This document shows, piece by piece, positions 39,801-53,600 of a DNA stretch of 64,000 nucleotides. The translations under genes and the position numbers were made by a program. Under the pieces are notes generated by a model. The model was not told the origin of the DNA, searched no databases, and saw only the letters and a list, made by a program, of their open reading frames with translations. This stretch comes from Eledone cirrhosa. Lineage: Eukaryota. The DNA is taken from positions 744,001 through 808,000 of the forward strand of contig CAXHJY010001472.1 of assembly GCA_964016885.1 (NCBI GenBank), in the 5' to 3' direction. Numbering within the stretch: position 1 is the first letter of the stretch; each line of letters begins with the position of its first letter.

Positions 39801-42800
39801 CGGCTGGAAATTATCTCCCCTTGATTTTTTTACAAATTATCTCCCCCTGATTTTTTTTTACAAATTATCTCCGCCTGATTTTTTAAAAAAAATTATCTCC
39901 CCTTGGACGGCTGGAATTATCTCCCCTTGGACGGCTGGAAATTATCTCCCCTTGGACGGCTAGAAATTACCTCTCCTTGGACGGCTGAAAATTATCTCCC
40001 CTTGGACGGCTGCAAATTATCTTCCCTTGATTTTTTTTACAAATTATCTCCCCCTGATTTTTTTTTACAAATTATCTACCCCTGATTTTTTTTACAAATT
40101 ATCTCCCCCTGATTTTTTTTTACAAATTATCTCCCCCTGATTTTTTTTTACAAATTATCTCCCCCTGATTTTTTTACAAATTATCTCCCCCTGATTTTTT
40201 TTACAATCTCCGCCTGATTTTTTAAAAAATAATCTCCCCTTGGCTGGCGGGAAATTATCTCCCCTTGGACGGCTGGAAATTATCTCCCCTTGGAAGGATA
40301 GAAATTATCTCCCCTTGGACGGCTGGAAATTATCTCCCCTTGCACGGCTGGAAATTATCTCCCCTTGGACAGCTGGAAATTATCTGCCCTTGATTTTGTT
40401 TTTACAAATTATCTCCCCCTGATTTTTTTTACAAATTATCTCCACCTGATTTTTTAAAAAATTATCTCCCCTTGGACGGCTGGAAATTATCTCCCCTTGG
40501 CTGGAAATTATCTCCCCTTGGACGGCTAGAAATTATCTCTCTTTGGACGGCTGGAAATTATCTCCCTTTGATTTTTTTTACAAATTATCTCCCTCTGATT
40601 TTTTTTACAAATCTCCCCCTGATTTTTAAAAAAAAATTATCTCCCCTTCGCTGGCTGGAAATTATCTCCCCTTGGACACTGGAAATTATAGCCCCTTGGA
40701 GGGCTGGAAATTATCTTCCCTTGGACGGCTGGAAATTATCTCCCCTTGATTTTTTTTACAAATTATCTCCCCCTGATATTTTTTTTACAAATTATCTCCC
40801 CCTGATTTTTTTACAAATTATCTCCCCCTGATTTTTTTTACAAATTATCTCCGCCTGATTTTTTTAAATATTATCTTCCCTTGGCTGGCGGGAAATTATC
40901 TCCCCTTGGACGGTTGGAAATTATCTCCCCTTGCACTGCTGGAAATTATCTCCCCTTGGACGGCTGGAAATTATCTCCCCTTGCACGGCTGGAAATTATC
41001 ATCCCCTTGGACGGCTGAAAATTATCTCCCCTTGATTTTTTTTTACAAATTATCTGCCCCTGATTTTTTTTTACAAATTATCTCCCCCTGATTTTTTTTT
41101 ACAAATTATCTCCGCCTGATTTTTAAAAAAAAATTATCTCCCCTTAGACGGCTGGAAATTATCTCCCCTTGGACGGCTGGAAATTATCTCCCCTTGGACG
41201 GCTAGAAATTGGACGGCTGAAAATTATCTCCCCTTGGACGGCTGCAAATTATCTCCCCTTGATTTTTTTTACAAATTATCTCCCCCTGATTTTTTTTTAC
41301 AAATTATCTCCCCCTGATTTTTTTTTTACAAATTATCTCCCCCTGATTTTTTTACAAATTATCTCCCCCTGATTTTTTTTACAATCTCCGCCTGATTTTT
41401 TAAAAAATTATCTTCCCTTGGCTGGCGGGAAATTATCTCCCCTTGGACGGCTGGAAATTATCTCCCCTTGGCTGGAAATTATCTCCCCTTGGACACTGGA
41501 AATTATAGCCCCTTGGAGGGCTGGAAATTATCTTCCCTTGGACGGCTGGAAATTATCTCCCCTTGATTTTTTTACAAATTATCTGCCCCTGATTTTTTTT
41601 TACAAATTATCTCCCCCTGATTTTTTTTTACAAATTATCTACCCCTGATTTTTTTTACAAATTATCTACCCCTGATTTTTTTTTTACAAATTATCTCCCC
41701 CTGATTTTTTTAAAAATGATCTCCCCTTGGACGGCTGGAAATGATCTCCCCTTGGCTGGTTGGAAATTATCTCCCCTTGGACCGCTAGAAATTATCTCTC
41801 CTTGGATGGCTGGAAATTATCTCCCCTTGATTTTTCTACAAATTATCTCCCCCTGATTTTTTTTACAAATCTCCCAGTGATTTTTAAAAAAAATTTTCTC
41901 CCCTTCGCTGGCTGGAAATTATCTCCCCTTGGACGCTGGAAATTATAGCCCCTTGGAAGGCTGGAAATTATCTTCCCTTGGACGGCTGGAAATTATCTCC
42001 CCTTGATTTTTTTTTACAAATTATCTTCCCCTGATTTTTTTTTTTACAAATTATCTCCCCCTGATTTTTTTTAACAAATTATCTCCCCTTGGACGGCTGG
42101 AAATTATCTCCCCTTGGACGGCTGGAAATTATCTCCCCTTGGACGGCTGCAAATTATCTCCCCTTGATTTTTTTTACAAATTATCTCCCCTTGATTTTTT
42201 TTACAAATTATCTCCCCCTGATTTTTTTTACAAATTATCTTCCCTTGGACGGCTGGAAATTATCTCCCCTTGGAAGGATGGAAATTATCTCCCCTTGGAC
42301 GGCTGGAAATTATCTCCCCTTGCACGGCTGGAAATTATCTCCCCTTGGACAGCTGGAAATTATCTGCCCTTGATTTTGTTTTTACAAATTATCTCCCCCT
42401 GATTTTTTTTACAAATTATCTCCACCTGATTTTTTTAAAAATTATCTCCCCTTGGACGGCTGGAAATTATCTCCCCTTGGCTGGAAATTATCTCCCCTTG
42501 GACGGCTAGAAATTATCTCTCTTTGGACGGCTGGAAATTATCTCCCTTTGATTTTTTTAACAAATTATCTCCCTCTGATTTTTTTTACAAATCTCCCCCT
42601 GATTTTTTTAAAAAAATTATCTCCCCTTCGCTGGCTGGAAATTATCTCCCCTTGGACACTGGAAATTATAGCCCCCTGGAGGGCTGGAAATTATCTTCCC
42701 TTGGACGGCTGGAAATTATCTCCCCTTGATTTTTTTTACAAATTATCTCCCCCTGATTTTTTTTTACAAATTATCTCCCCCTGATTTTTTTTACAAATTA

Positions 42801-45800
42801 TCTCCCCCTGATTTTTTTTTACAAATTATCTCCCCCTGATATTTTTTTTACAAATTATCTCCGCCTGATTTTTAAAAAAAAATTATCTCCCCTTGGACGG
42901 CTGGAAATTATCTCCCCTTGGACGGCTGGAAATTATCTCCCCTTGGACGGCTAGAAATTACCTCTCCTTGGACGGCTGAAAATTATCTCCCCTTGGACGG
43001 CTGCAAATTATCTCCCCTTGATTTTTTTTACAAATTATCTCCCCCTGATTTTTTTTTCACAAATTATCTCCCCCTGATTTTTTTTTTACAAATCTCCGCC
43101 TGATTTTTAAAAAAAATTATCTCCCCTTGGACGGCTGGAAATTATCTCCCCTTGGACGGCTGGAAATTATCTTCCCTTGGACGGCTAGAAATTACCTCTC
43201 CTTGGACGGCTGAAAATTATCTCCCCTTGGACGGCTGGAAATTATCTCCCCTTGATTTTTTTACAAATTATCTGCCCCTGATTTTTTTTTTACAAATTAT
43301 CTCCCCCTGATTTTTTTAAAAATGATCTCCCCTTGGACGGCTGGAAATGATCTCCCCTTGGCTGGTTGGAAATTATCTCCCCTTGGACCGCTAGAAATAA
43401 TCTCTCCTTGGACGGCTGGAAATTATCTCCCCTTGATTTTTTTTACAAATCTCCCCCTAATTTAAAAAAAAATTATCTCCCCTTCGCTGGCTGGAAATTA
43501 TCTCCCTTTGGACGGCTGGAAATTATAGCCCCTTGTAGGGCTGGAAATTATCTCCCCTTGGACGGCTGGAAATTATCTCCCCTTGATTTTCTTTACAAAT
43601 TATCTCCCCCTGACTTTTTAAAAAATGATCTCCCCTTGGACGGCTGGAAATGATCTCCCCTTGGCTGGTTGGAAATTTTCTCCCCTTGGACCGCTAGAAA
43701 TTATCTCTCCTTGGACGGCTGGAAATTATCTCCCCTTGATTTTTTTACAAATTATCTCCCCCTGATTTTTTTTACAAATCTCCCAGTGATTTTTTAAAAA
43801 AATTATCTCCCCTTCGCTGGCTGGAAATTATCTCCCCTTGGACGCTGGAAATTATAGCCCCTTGGAGGGCTGGAAATTATCTTCCCTTGGACGGCTGGAA
43901 ATTATCTCCCCTTGATTTTTTTTTACAAATTATCTCCCCCTGATTTTTTTTTACAAATTATCTCCCCCTGATTTTTTTTACAAATTATCTCCCCCTGATT
44001 TTTTTAAACAAATTATCTCCCCTTGGACGGCTGGAAATTATCTCCCCTTGGACGGCTGGAAATTATCTCCCCTTGGACGGCTAGAAATTACCTCTCCTTG
44101 GACAGCTGAAAATTATCTCCCCTTGGACGGCTGCAAATTATCTCCCCTTGATTTTTTTTACAAATTATCTCCCCTTGATTTTTTTTTACAAATTATCTCC
44201 CCCTGATTTTTTTTACAAATTATCTCCCCCTGATTTTTTTTACAAATTATCTCCCCCTGATTTTTTTTACAAAATATCTCCCCCTGATTTTTTTACAAAT
44301 TATCTCCCCCTGATTTTTTTTACAATCTCCGCCTGATTTTTTTAAAAATTATCTTGCCTTGGCTGGCTGGAAATTATCTCCCCTTGGACGGCTGGAAATT
44401 ATCTCCCCTTGGAAGGATGGAAATTATCTCCCCTTGGACGGCTGGAAATTATCTCCCCTTGCACGGCTGGAAATTATCTCCCCTTGGACAGCTGGAAATT
44501 ATCTGCCCTTGATTTTGTTTTTACAAATTATGTTCCCCTGATTTTTTTTACAAATTATCTCCACCTGATTTTTTAAAAAATTATCTCCCCTTGGACGGCT
44601 GGAAATTATCTCCCCTTGGTTGGAAATTATCTCCCCTTGGACGGCTAGAAATTATCTCTGTTTGGACGGCTGGAAATTATCTCCCTTTGATTTTTTTAAC
44701 AAATTATCTCCCTCTGATTTTTTTTACAAATCTCCCCCTGATTTTTTAAAAAAAATTATCTCCCCTTCGCTGGCTGGAAATTATCTCCCCTTGGACACTG
44801 GAAATTATAGCCCCCTGGAGGGCTGGAAATTATCTTCCCTTGGACGGCTGGAAATTATCTCCCCTTGATTTTTTTTACAAATTATCTCCCCCTGATTTTT
44901 TTTTTACAAATTATCTCCCCCTGATTTTTTTTACAAATTATCTCCCCCTGATTTTTTTACAAATTATCTCCGCCTGATTTTTTTAAAAATTATCTTCCCT
45001 TGGCTGGCGGGAAATTATCTCCCCTTGGACGGCTGGAAATTATCTCCCCTTGGAAGGATGGAAATTATCTCCCCTTGGACAGCTGGAAATTATCTCCCCT
45101 TGGACGGCTGAAAATTATCTCCCCTTGATTTTTTTTTTACAAATTATCTCCCCCTGATTTTTTTTTTACAAATTATCTCCCCCTGATTTTTTTTTTACAA
45201 ATTATCTCTCCCTGATTTTTTTTTACAAATATCTCCCCTTGGCTGGCTGGAAATTATCTCCCCTTGGACGGTTGGAAATTATCTCCCCTTGGACGGCTGG
45301 AAATTATCTCCCCTTGGACGGCTGGAAATTATCTCCTCTTGGACGGCTGGAAATTATCTCCCCTTGGACGGCTGGAAATTATCTGCCCTTGATTTTTTTT
45401 TACAAATTATCTCCCCCTGATTTTTTTAAAAATGATCTCCCCTTGGACGGCTGGAAATGATCTCCCCTTGGCTGGTTGGAAATTATCTCCCCTTGGACCG
45501 CTAGAAATTATCTCTCCTTGGACGGCTGGAAATTATCTCCCCTTGATTTTTTTACAAATTATCTCGTCCTGATTTTTTTTACAAATCTCCCAGTGATTTA
45601 AAAAAAAAAATTATCTCCCCTTCGCTGGCTGGAAATTATCTCACCTTGGACGCTGGAAATTATAGCCCCTTGGAGGGCTGGAAATTATCTTCACTTGGAC
45701 GGCTGGAAATTATCTCCCCTTGATTTTTTTTACAAATTATCTCCCCCTGATTTTTTTTTACAAATTATCTCCCCCGGATTTTTTTTTATAAATTATCTCC

Positions 45801-48599
45801 CCCTGATTTTTTTTAACAAATTATCTCCGCCTGATTTTTAAAAAAAAATTATCTCCCCTTAGACGGCTGGAAATTATCTCCCCTTGGACGGCTGGAAATT
45901 ATCTCCCCTTGGACGGCTAGAAATTGGACGGCTGAAAATTATCTCCCCTTGGACGGCTGCAAATTATCTCCCCTTGATTTTTTTTACAAATTATCTCCCC
46001 CTGATTTTTTTTTACAAATTATCTCCCCCTGATTTTTTTTTACAAATTATCTCCCCCTGATTTTTTTTTACAAATTATCTACCCCTGATTTTTTTTTACA
46101 AATTATCTCCCCCTGATTTTTTTTTACAAATTATCTCCCCCTGATTTTTTTTTACAAATTATCTCCCCCTGATTTTTTTTTTACAAATTATCTCCCCCTG
46201 ATTTTTTTACAAATTATCTCCCCGTGATTTTTTTTACAATCTCCGCCTGATTTTTTAAAAAATGATCTCCCCTTGGACGGCTGGAAATGATCTCCCCTTG
46301 GCTGGTTGGAAATTATCTCCCCTTGGACCGCTAGAAATTATCTCTCCTTGGACGGCTGGAAATTATCTCCCCTTGATTTTTTTACAAATTATCTCCCCCT
46401 GATTTTTTTTACAAATCTCCCAGTGATTTTTTAAAAAAAATTATCTCCCCTTCGCTGGCTGGAAATTATCTCCCCTTGGACGCTGGAAATTATAGCCCCC
46501 TTGGAGGGCTGGAAATTATCTTCCCTTGGACGGCTGGAAATTATCTCCCCTTGATTTTTTTACAAATTATCTCCCCCTGATTTTTTTTTACAAATTATCT
46601 CCGCCTGATTTTTAAAAAAAAATTATCTCCCCTTGGACGGCTGGAATTATCTCCCCTTGGACGGCTGGAAATTATCTCCCCTTGGACGGCTAGAAATTAC
46701 CTCTCCTTGGACGGCTGAAAATTATCTCCCCTTGGACGGCTGCAAATTATCTCCCCTTGATTTTTTTTACAAATTATCTCCCCCTGATTTTTTTTTACAA
46801 ATTATCTACCCCTGATTTTTTTTACAAATTATCTCCCCCTGATTTTTTTTTACAAATTATCTCCCCCTGATTTTTTTTTACAAATTATCTCCCCCTGATT
46901 TTTTTACAAATTATCTCCCCCTGATTTTTTTTACAATCTCCGCCTGATTTTTTAAAAAATAATCTTCCCTTGGCTGGCGGGAAATTATCTCCCCTTGGAC
47001 GGCTGGAAATTATCTCCCCTTGGAAGGATAGAAATTATCTCCCCTTGGACGGCTGGAAATTATCTCCCCTTGCACGGCTGGAAATTATCTCCCCTTGGAC
47101 AGCTCGAAATTATCTGCCCTTGATTTTGTTTTTACAAATTATCTCCCCCTGATTTTTTTTACAAATTATCTCCACCTGATTTTTTAAAAAATTATCTCCC
47201 CTTGGACGGCTGGAAATTATCTCCCCTTGGCTGGAAATTATCTCCCCTTGGACGGCTAGAAATTATCTCTCTTTGGACGGCTGGAAATTATCTCCCTTTG
47301 ATTTTTTTTACAAATTATCTCCCTCTGATTTTTTTTACAAATCTCCCCCTGATTTTTAAAAAAAAATTATCTCCCCTTCGCTGGCTGGAAATTATCTCCC
47401 CTTGGACACTGGAAATTATAGCCCCTTGGAGGGCTGGAAATTATCTTCCCTTGGACGGCTGGAAATTATCTCCCCTTGATTTTTTTTACAAATTATCTCC
47501 CCCTGATATTTTTTTTACAAATTATCTCCCCCTGATTTTTTTACAAATTATCTCCCCCTGATTTTTTTTACAAATTATCTCCGCCTGATTTTTTTAAATA
47601 TTATCTTCCCTTGGCTGGCGGGAAATTATCTCCCCTTGGACGGTTGGAAATTATCTCCCCTTGCACTGCTGGAAATTATCTCCCCTTGGACGGCTGGAAA
47701 TTATATCCCCTTGCACGGCTGGAAATTATCATCCCCTTGGACGGCTGAAAATTATCTCCCCTTGATTTTTTTTTACAAATTATCTGCCCCTGATTTTTTT
47801 TTACAAATTATCTCCCCCTGATTTTTTTTTACAAATTATCTCCGCCTGATTTTTAAAAAAAAATTATCTCCCCTTAGACGGCTGGAAATTATCTCCCCTT
47901 GGACGGCTGGAAATTATCTCCCCTTGGCTGGAAATTATCTCCCCTTGGACACTGGAAATTATAGCCCCTTGGAGGGCTGGAAATTATCTTCCCTTGGACG
48001 GCTGGAAATTATCTCCCCTTGATTTTTTTACAAATTATCTGCCCCTGATTTTTTTTTACAAATTATCTCCCCCTGATTTTTTTTTACAAATTATCTACCC
48101 CTGATTTTTTTTACAAATTATCTCCCCCTGATTTTTTTTTTACAAATTATCTCCCCCTGATTTTTTTAAAAATGATCTCCCCTTGGACGGCTGGAAATGA
48201 TCTCCCCTTGGCTGGTTGGAAATTATCTCCCCTTGGACCGCTAGAAATTATCTCTCCTTGGACGGCTGGAAATTATTTCCCCTTGATTTTTTTTACAAAT
48301 CTCCCCCTAATTTAAAAAAAAATTATCTCCCCTTCGCTGGCTGGAAATTATCTCCCTTTGGACGGCTGGAAATTATAGCCCCTTGTAGGGCTGGAAATTA
48401 TCTCCCCTTGGACGGCTGGAAATTATCTCCCCTTGATTTTTTTTACAAATTATCTCCCCCTGACTTTTTTAAAAATGATCTCCCCTTGGACGGCTGGAAA
48501 TGATCTCCCCTTGGCTGGTTGGAAATTTTCTCCCCTTGGACCGCTAGAAATTATCTCTCCTTGGACGGCTGGAAATTATCTCCCCTTGATTTTTTTACA

Positions 48600-50560
48600 A
48601 ATTATCTCCCCCTGATGTTTTTTACAAATCTCCCAGTGATTTTTTAAAAAAATTATCTCCCCTTCGCTGGCTGGAAATTATCTCCCCTTGGACGCTGGAA
48701 ATTATAGCCCCTTGGAGGGCTGGAAATTATCTTCCCTTGGACGGCTGGAAATTATCTCCCCTTGATTTTTTTTACAAATTATCTCCCCCTGATTTTTTTT
48801 TACAAATTATCTCCCCCTGATTTTTTTTACAAATTATCTCCCCCTGATTTTTTTTTACAAATTATCTCCCCCTGATTTTTTTTACAAAATATCTCCCCCT
48901 GATTTTTTTACAAATTATCTCCCCCTGATTTTTTTTACAATCTCCGCCTGATTTTTTTAAAAATTATCTTGCCTTGGCTGGCTGGAAATTATCTCCCCTT
49001 GGACGGCTGGAAATTATCTCCCCTTGGAAGGATGGAAATTATCTCCCCTTGGACGGCTGGAAATTATCTCCCCTTGCACGGCTGGAAATTATCTCCCCTT
49101 GGACAGCTGGAAATTATCTGCCCTTGATTTTGTTTTTACAAATTATGTTCCCCTGATTTTTTTTACAAATTATCTCCACCTGATTTTTTAAAAAATTATC
49201 TCCCCTTGGACGGCTGGAAATTATCTCCCCTTGGTTGGAAATTATCTCCCCTTGGACGGCTAGAAATTATCTCTGTTTGGACGGCTGGAAATTATCTCCC
49301 TTTGATTTTTTTAACAAATTATCTCCCTCTGATTTTTTTTACAAATCTCCCCCTGATTTTTTTAAAAAAATTATCTCCCCTTCGCTGGCTGGAAATTATC
49401 TCCCCTTGGACACTGGAAATTATAGCCCCCTGGAGGGCTGGAAATTATCTTCCCTTGGACGGCTGGAAAGTATCTCCCCTTGATTTTTTTTACAAATTAT
49501 CTCCCCCTGATTTTTTTAAAAATGATCTCCCCTTGGACGGCTGGAAATGATCTCCCCTTGGCTGGTTGGCAATTATCTCCCCTTGGACCGCTAGAAATTA
49601 TCTCTCCTTGGATGGCTGGAAATTATCTCCCCTTGATTTTTCTACAAATTATCTCCCCCTGATTTTTTTTACAAATCTCCCAGTGATTTTTTAAAAAAAT
49701 TATCTCCCCTTCGCTGGCTGGAAATTATCTCCCCTTGGACGCTGGAAATTATAGCCCCTTGGAGGGCTGGAAATTATCTTCCCTTGGACGGCTGGAAATT
49801 ATCTCCCCTTGATTTTTTTTACAAATTATCTCCCCCTGATTTTTTTTTACAAATTATCTCCCCCTGATTTTTTTTACAAATTATCTCCCCCTGATTTTTT
49901 TTTACAAATTATCTCCCCCTGATTTTTTTTACAAAATATCTCCCCCTGATTTTTTTACAAATTATCTCCCCCTGATTTTTTTTACAATCTCCGCCTGATT
50001 TTTTTAAAAATTATCTTGCCTTGGCTGGCTGGAAATTATCTCCCCTTGGACGGCTGGAAATTATCTCCCCTTGGAAGGATGGAAATTATCTCCCCTTGGA
50101 CGGCTGGAAATTATCTCCCCTTGCACGGCTGGAAATTATCTCCCCTTGGACAGCTGGAAATTATCTGCCCTTGATTTTGTTTTTACAAATTATGTTCCCC
50201 TGATTTTTTTTACAAATTATCTCCACCTGATTTTTTAAAAAATTATCTCCCCTTGGACGGCTGGAAATTATCTCCCCTTGGTTGGAAATTATCTCCCCTT
50301 GGACGGCTAGAAATTATCTCTGTTTGGACGGCTGGAAATTATCTCCCTTTGATTTTTTTAACAAATTATCTCCCTCTGATTTTTTTTACAAATCTCCCCC
50401 TGATTTTTTTAAAAAAATTATCTCCCCTTCGCTGGCTGGAAATTATCTCCCCTTGGACACTGGAAATTATAGCCCCCTGGAGGGCTGGAATTTATCTTCC
50501 CTTGGACGGCTGGAAAGTATCTCCCCTTGATTTTTTTTACAAATTATCTCCCCCTGATTT
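48600..50560 (+). repeat. 1,047-bp local tandem duplication
   Basis: ORFs 48974/50021 and 49206/50253. Core variant AAAGTATC seen only at 49470 and 50517. TCCCAGTGA at 48631 and 49678. Confidence 0.9.
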
Positions 50561-50654
50561 TTTTTTTACAAATTATCTCCCCCTGATTTTTTTTACAAAT
50601 TATCTCCCCCTGATTTTTTTACAAATTATCTCCGCCTGATTTTTTTAAAAATGA

Positions 50655-53600
50655 TCTTCCCTTGGCTGGCGGGAAATTATCTCCCCTTGGACGGCTGGAA
50701 ATTATCTCCCCTTGGAAGGATGGAAATTATCTCCCCTTGGACAGCTGGAAATTATCTCCCCTTGGACGGCTGAAAATTATCTCCCCTTGATTTTTTTTTT
50801 ACAAATTATCTCCCCCTGATTTTTTTTTACAAATTATCTCCCCCTGATTTTTTTTTTACAAATTATCTCTCCCTGATTTTTTTTTACAAATATCTCCCCT
50901 TGGCTGGCTGGAAATTATCTCCCCTTGGACGGTTGGAAATTATCTCCCCTTGGACGGCTGGAAATTATCTCCCCTTGAACGGCTGGAAATTATCTCCTCT
51001 TGGACGGCTGGAAATTATCTCCCCTTGGACGGCTGGAAATTATCTCCCCTTGGACCGCTAGAAATTATCTCTCCTTGGACGGCTGGAAATTATCTCCCCT
51101 TGATTTTTCTACAAATTATCTCGTCCTGATTTTTTTTACAAATCTCCCAGTGATTTTTAAAAAAAAATTATCTCCCCTTCGCTGGCTGGAAATTATCTCA
51201 CCTTGGACGCTGGAAATTATAGCCCCTTGGAGGGCTGGAAATTATCTTCACTTGGACGGCTGGAAATTATCTCCCCTTGATTTTTTTTACAAATTATCTC
51301 CCCCTGATTTTTTTTTACAAATTATCTCCCCCGGATTTTTTTTTATAAATTATCTCCCCCTGATTTTTTTTAACAAATTATCTCCGCCTGATTTTTAAAA
51401 AAAAATTATCTCCCCTTAGACGGCTGGAAATTATCTCCCCTTGGACGGCTGGAAATTATCTCCCCTTGGACGGCTAGAAATTAGACGGCTGAAAATTATC
51501 TCCCCTTGGACGGCTGCAAATAATCTCCCCTTGATTTTTTTTACAAATTATCTCCCCCTGATTTTTTTTTACAAATTATCTCCCCCTGATTTCTTTTTAC
51601 AAATTATCTCCCCCTGATTTTTTTTTACAAATTATCTACCCCTGATTTTTTTTTACAAATTATCTCCCCCTGATTTTTTTTTACAAATTATCTCCCCCTG
51701 ATTTTTTTTTACAAATTATCTCCCCCTGATTTTTTTTTTACAAATTATCTCCCCCTGATTTTTTTACAAATTATCTCCCCCTGATTTTTTTTACAATCTC
51801 CGCCTGATTTTTTAAAAAATGATCTCCCCTTGGACGGCTGGAAATGATCTCCCCTTGGCTGGTTGGAAATTATCTCCCCTTGGACCGCTAGAAATTATCT
51901 CTCCTTGGACGGCTGGAAATTATCTCCCCTTGATTTTTTTACAAATTATCTCCCCCTGATTTTTTTTACAAATCTCCCAGTGATTTTTTAAAAAAAATTA
52001 TCTCCCCTTCGCTGGCTGGAAATTATCTCCCCTTGGACGCTGGAAATTATAGCCCCCTTGGAGGGCTGGAAATTATCTTCCCTTGGACGGCTGGAAATTA
52101 TCTCCCCTTGATTTTTTTTTACAAATTATCTCCCCCTGATTTTTTTTTACAAATTATCTCCGCCTGATTTTTAAAAAAAAATTATCTCCCCTTGGACGGC
52201 TGGAATTATCTCCCCTTGGACGGCTGGAAATTATCTCCCCTTGGACGGCTAGAAATTACCTCTCCTTGGACGGCTGAAAATTATCTCCCCTTGGACGGCT
52301 GCAAATTATCTCCCCTTGATTTTTTTTACAAATTATCTCCCCCTGATTTTTTTTTACAAATTATCTACCCCTGATTTTTTTTACAAATTATCTCCCCCTG
52401 ATTTTTTTTTACAAATTATCTCCCCCTGATTTTTTTTTACAAATTATCTCCCCCTGATTTTTTTACAAATTATCTCCCCCTGATTTTTTTTACAATCTCC
52501 GCCTGATTTTTTAAAAAATAATCTTCCCTTGGCTGGCGGGAAATTATCTCCCCTTGGACGGCTGGAAATTATCTCCCCTTGGAAGGATAGAAATTATCTC
52601 CCCTTGGACGGCTGGAAATTATCTCCCCTTGCACGGCTGGAAATTATCTCCCCTTGGACAGCTGGAAATTATCTGCCCTTGATTTTGTTTTTACAAATTA
52701 TCTCCCCCTGATTTTTTTTACAAATTATCTCCACCTGATTTTTTAAAAAATTATCTCCCCTTGGACGGCTGGAAATTATCTCCCCTTGGCTGGAAATTAT
52801 CTCCCCTTGGACGGCTAGAAATTATCTCTCTTTGGACGGCTGGAAATTATCTCCCTTTGATTTTTTTACAAATTATCTCCCTCTGATTTTTTTTACAAAT
52901 CTCCCCCTGATTTTTAAAAAAAAATTATCTCCCCTTCGCTGGCTGGAAATTATCTCCCCTTGGACACTGGAAATTATAGCCCCTTGGAGGGCTGGAAATT
53001 ATCTTCCCTTGGACGGCTGGAAATTATCTCCCCTTGATTTTTTTTACAAATTATCTCCCCCTGATATTTTTTTTACAAATTATCTCCCCCTGATTTTTTT
53101 ACAAATTATCTCCCCCTGATTTTTTTTACAAATTATCTCCGCCTGATTTTTTTAAATATTATCTTCCCTTGGCTGGCGGGAAATTATCTCCCCTTGGACG
53201 GTTGGAAATTATCTCCCCTTGCACTGCTGGAAATTATCTCCCCTTGGACGGCTGGAAATTATCTCCCCTTGCACGGCTGGAAATTATCATCCCCTTGGAC
53301 GGCTGAAAATTATCTCCCCTTGATTTTTTTTTACAAATTATCTGCCCCTGATTTTTTTTTACAAATTATCTCCCCCTGATTTTTTTTTACAAATTATCTC
53401 CGCCTGATTTTTAAAAAAAAATTATCTCCCCTTAGACGGCTGGAAATTATCTCCCCTTGGACGGCTGGAAATTATCTCCCCTTGGACGGCTAGAAATTGG
53501 ACGGCTGAAAATTATCTCCCCTTGGACGGCTGCAAATTATCTCCCCTTGATTTTTTTTACAAATTATCTCCCCCTGATTTTTTTTTACAAATTATCTCCC

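Larger units (their letters stand above)
16957..42000 (+). repeat. Super-HOR block II (~25.1 kb), equal to block I plus one extra ~8.16 kb unit
   Basis: 25,118 minus 16,956 is 8,162, the length of the long HOR unit. Both ends are collinear with block I. Confidence 0.85.
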
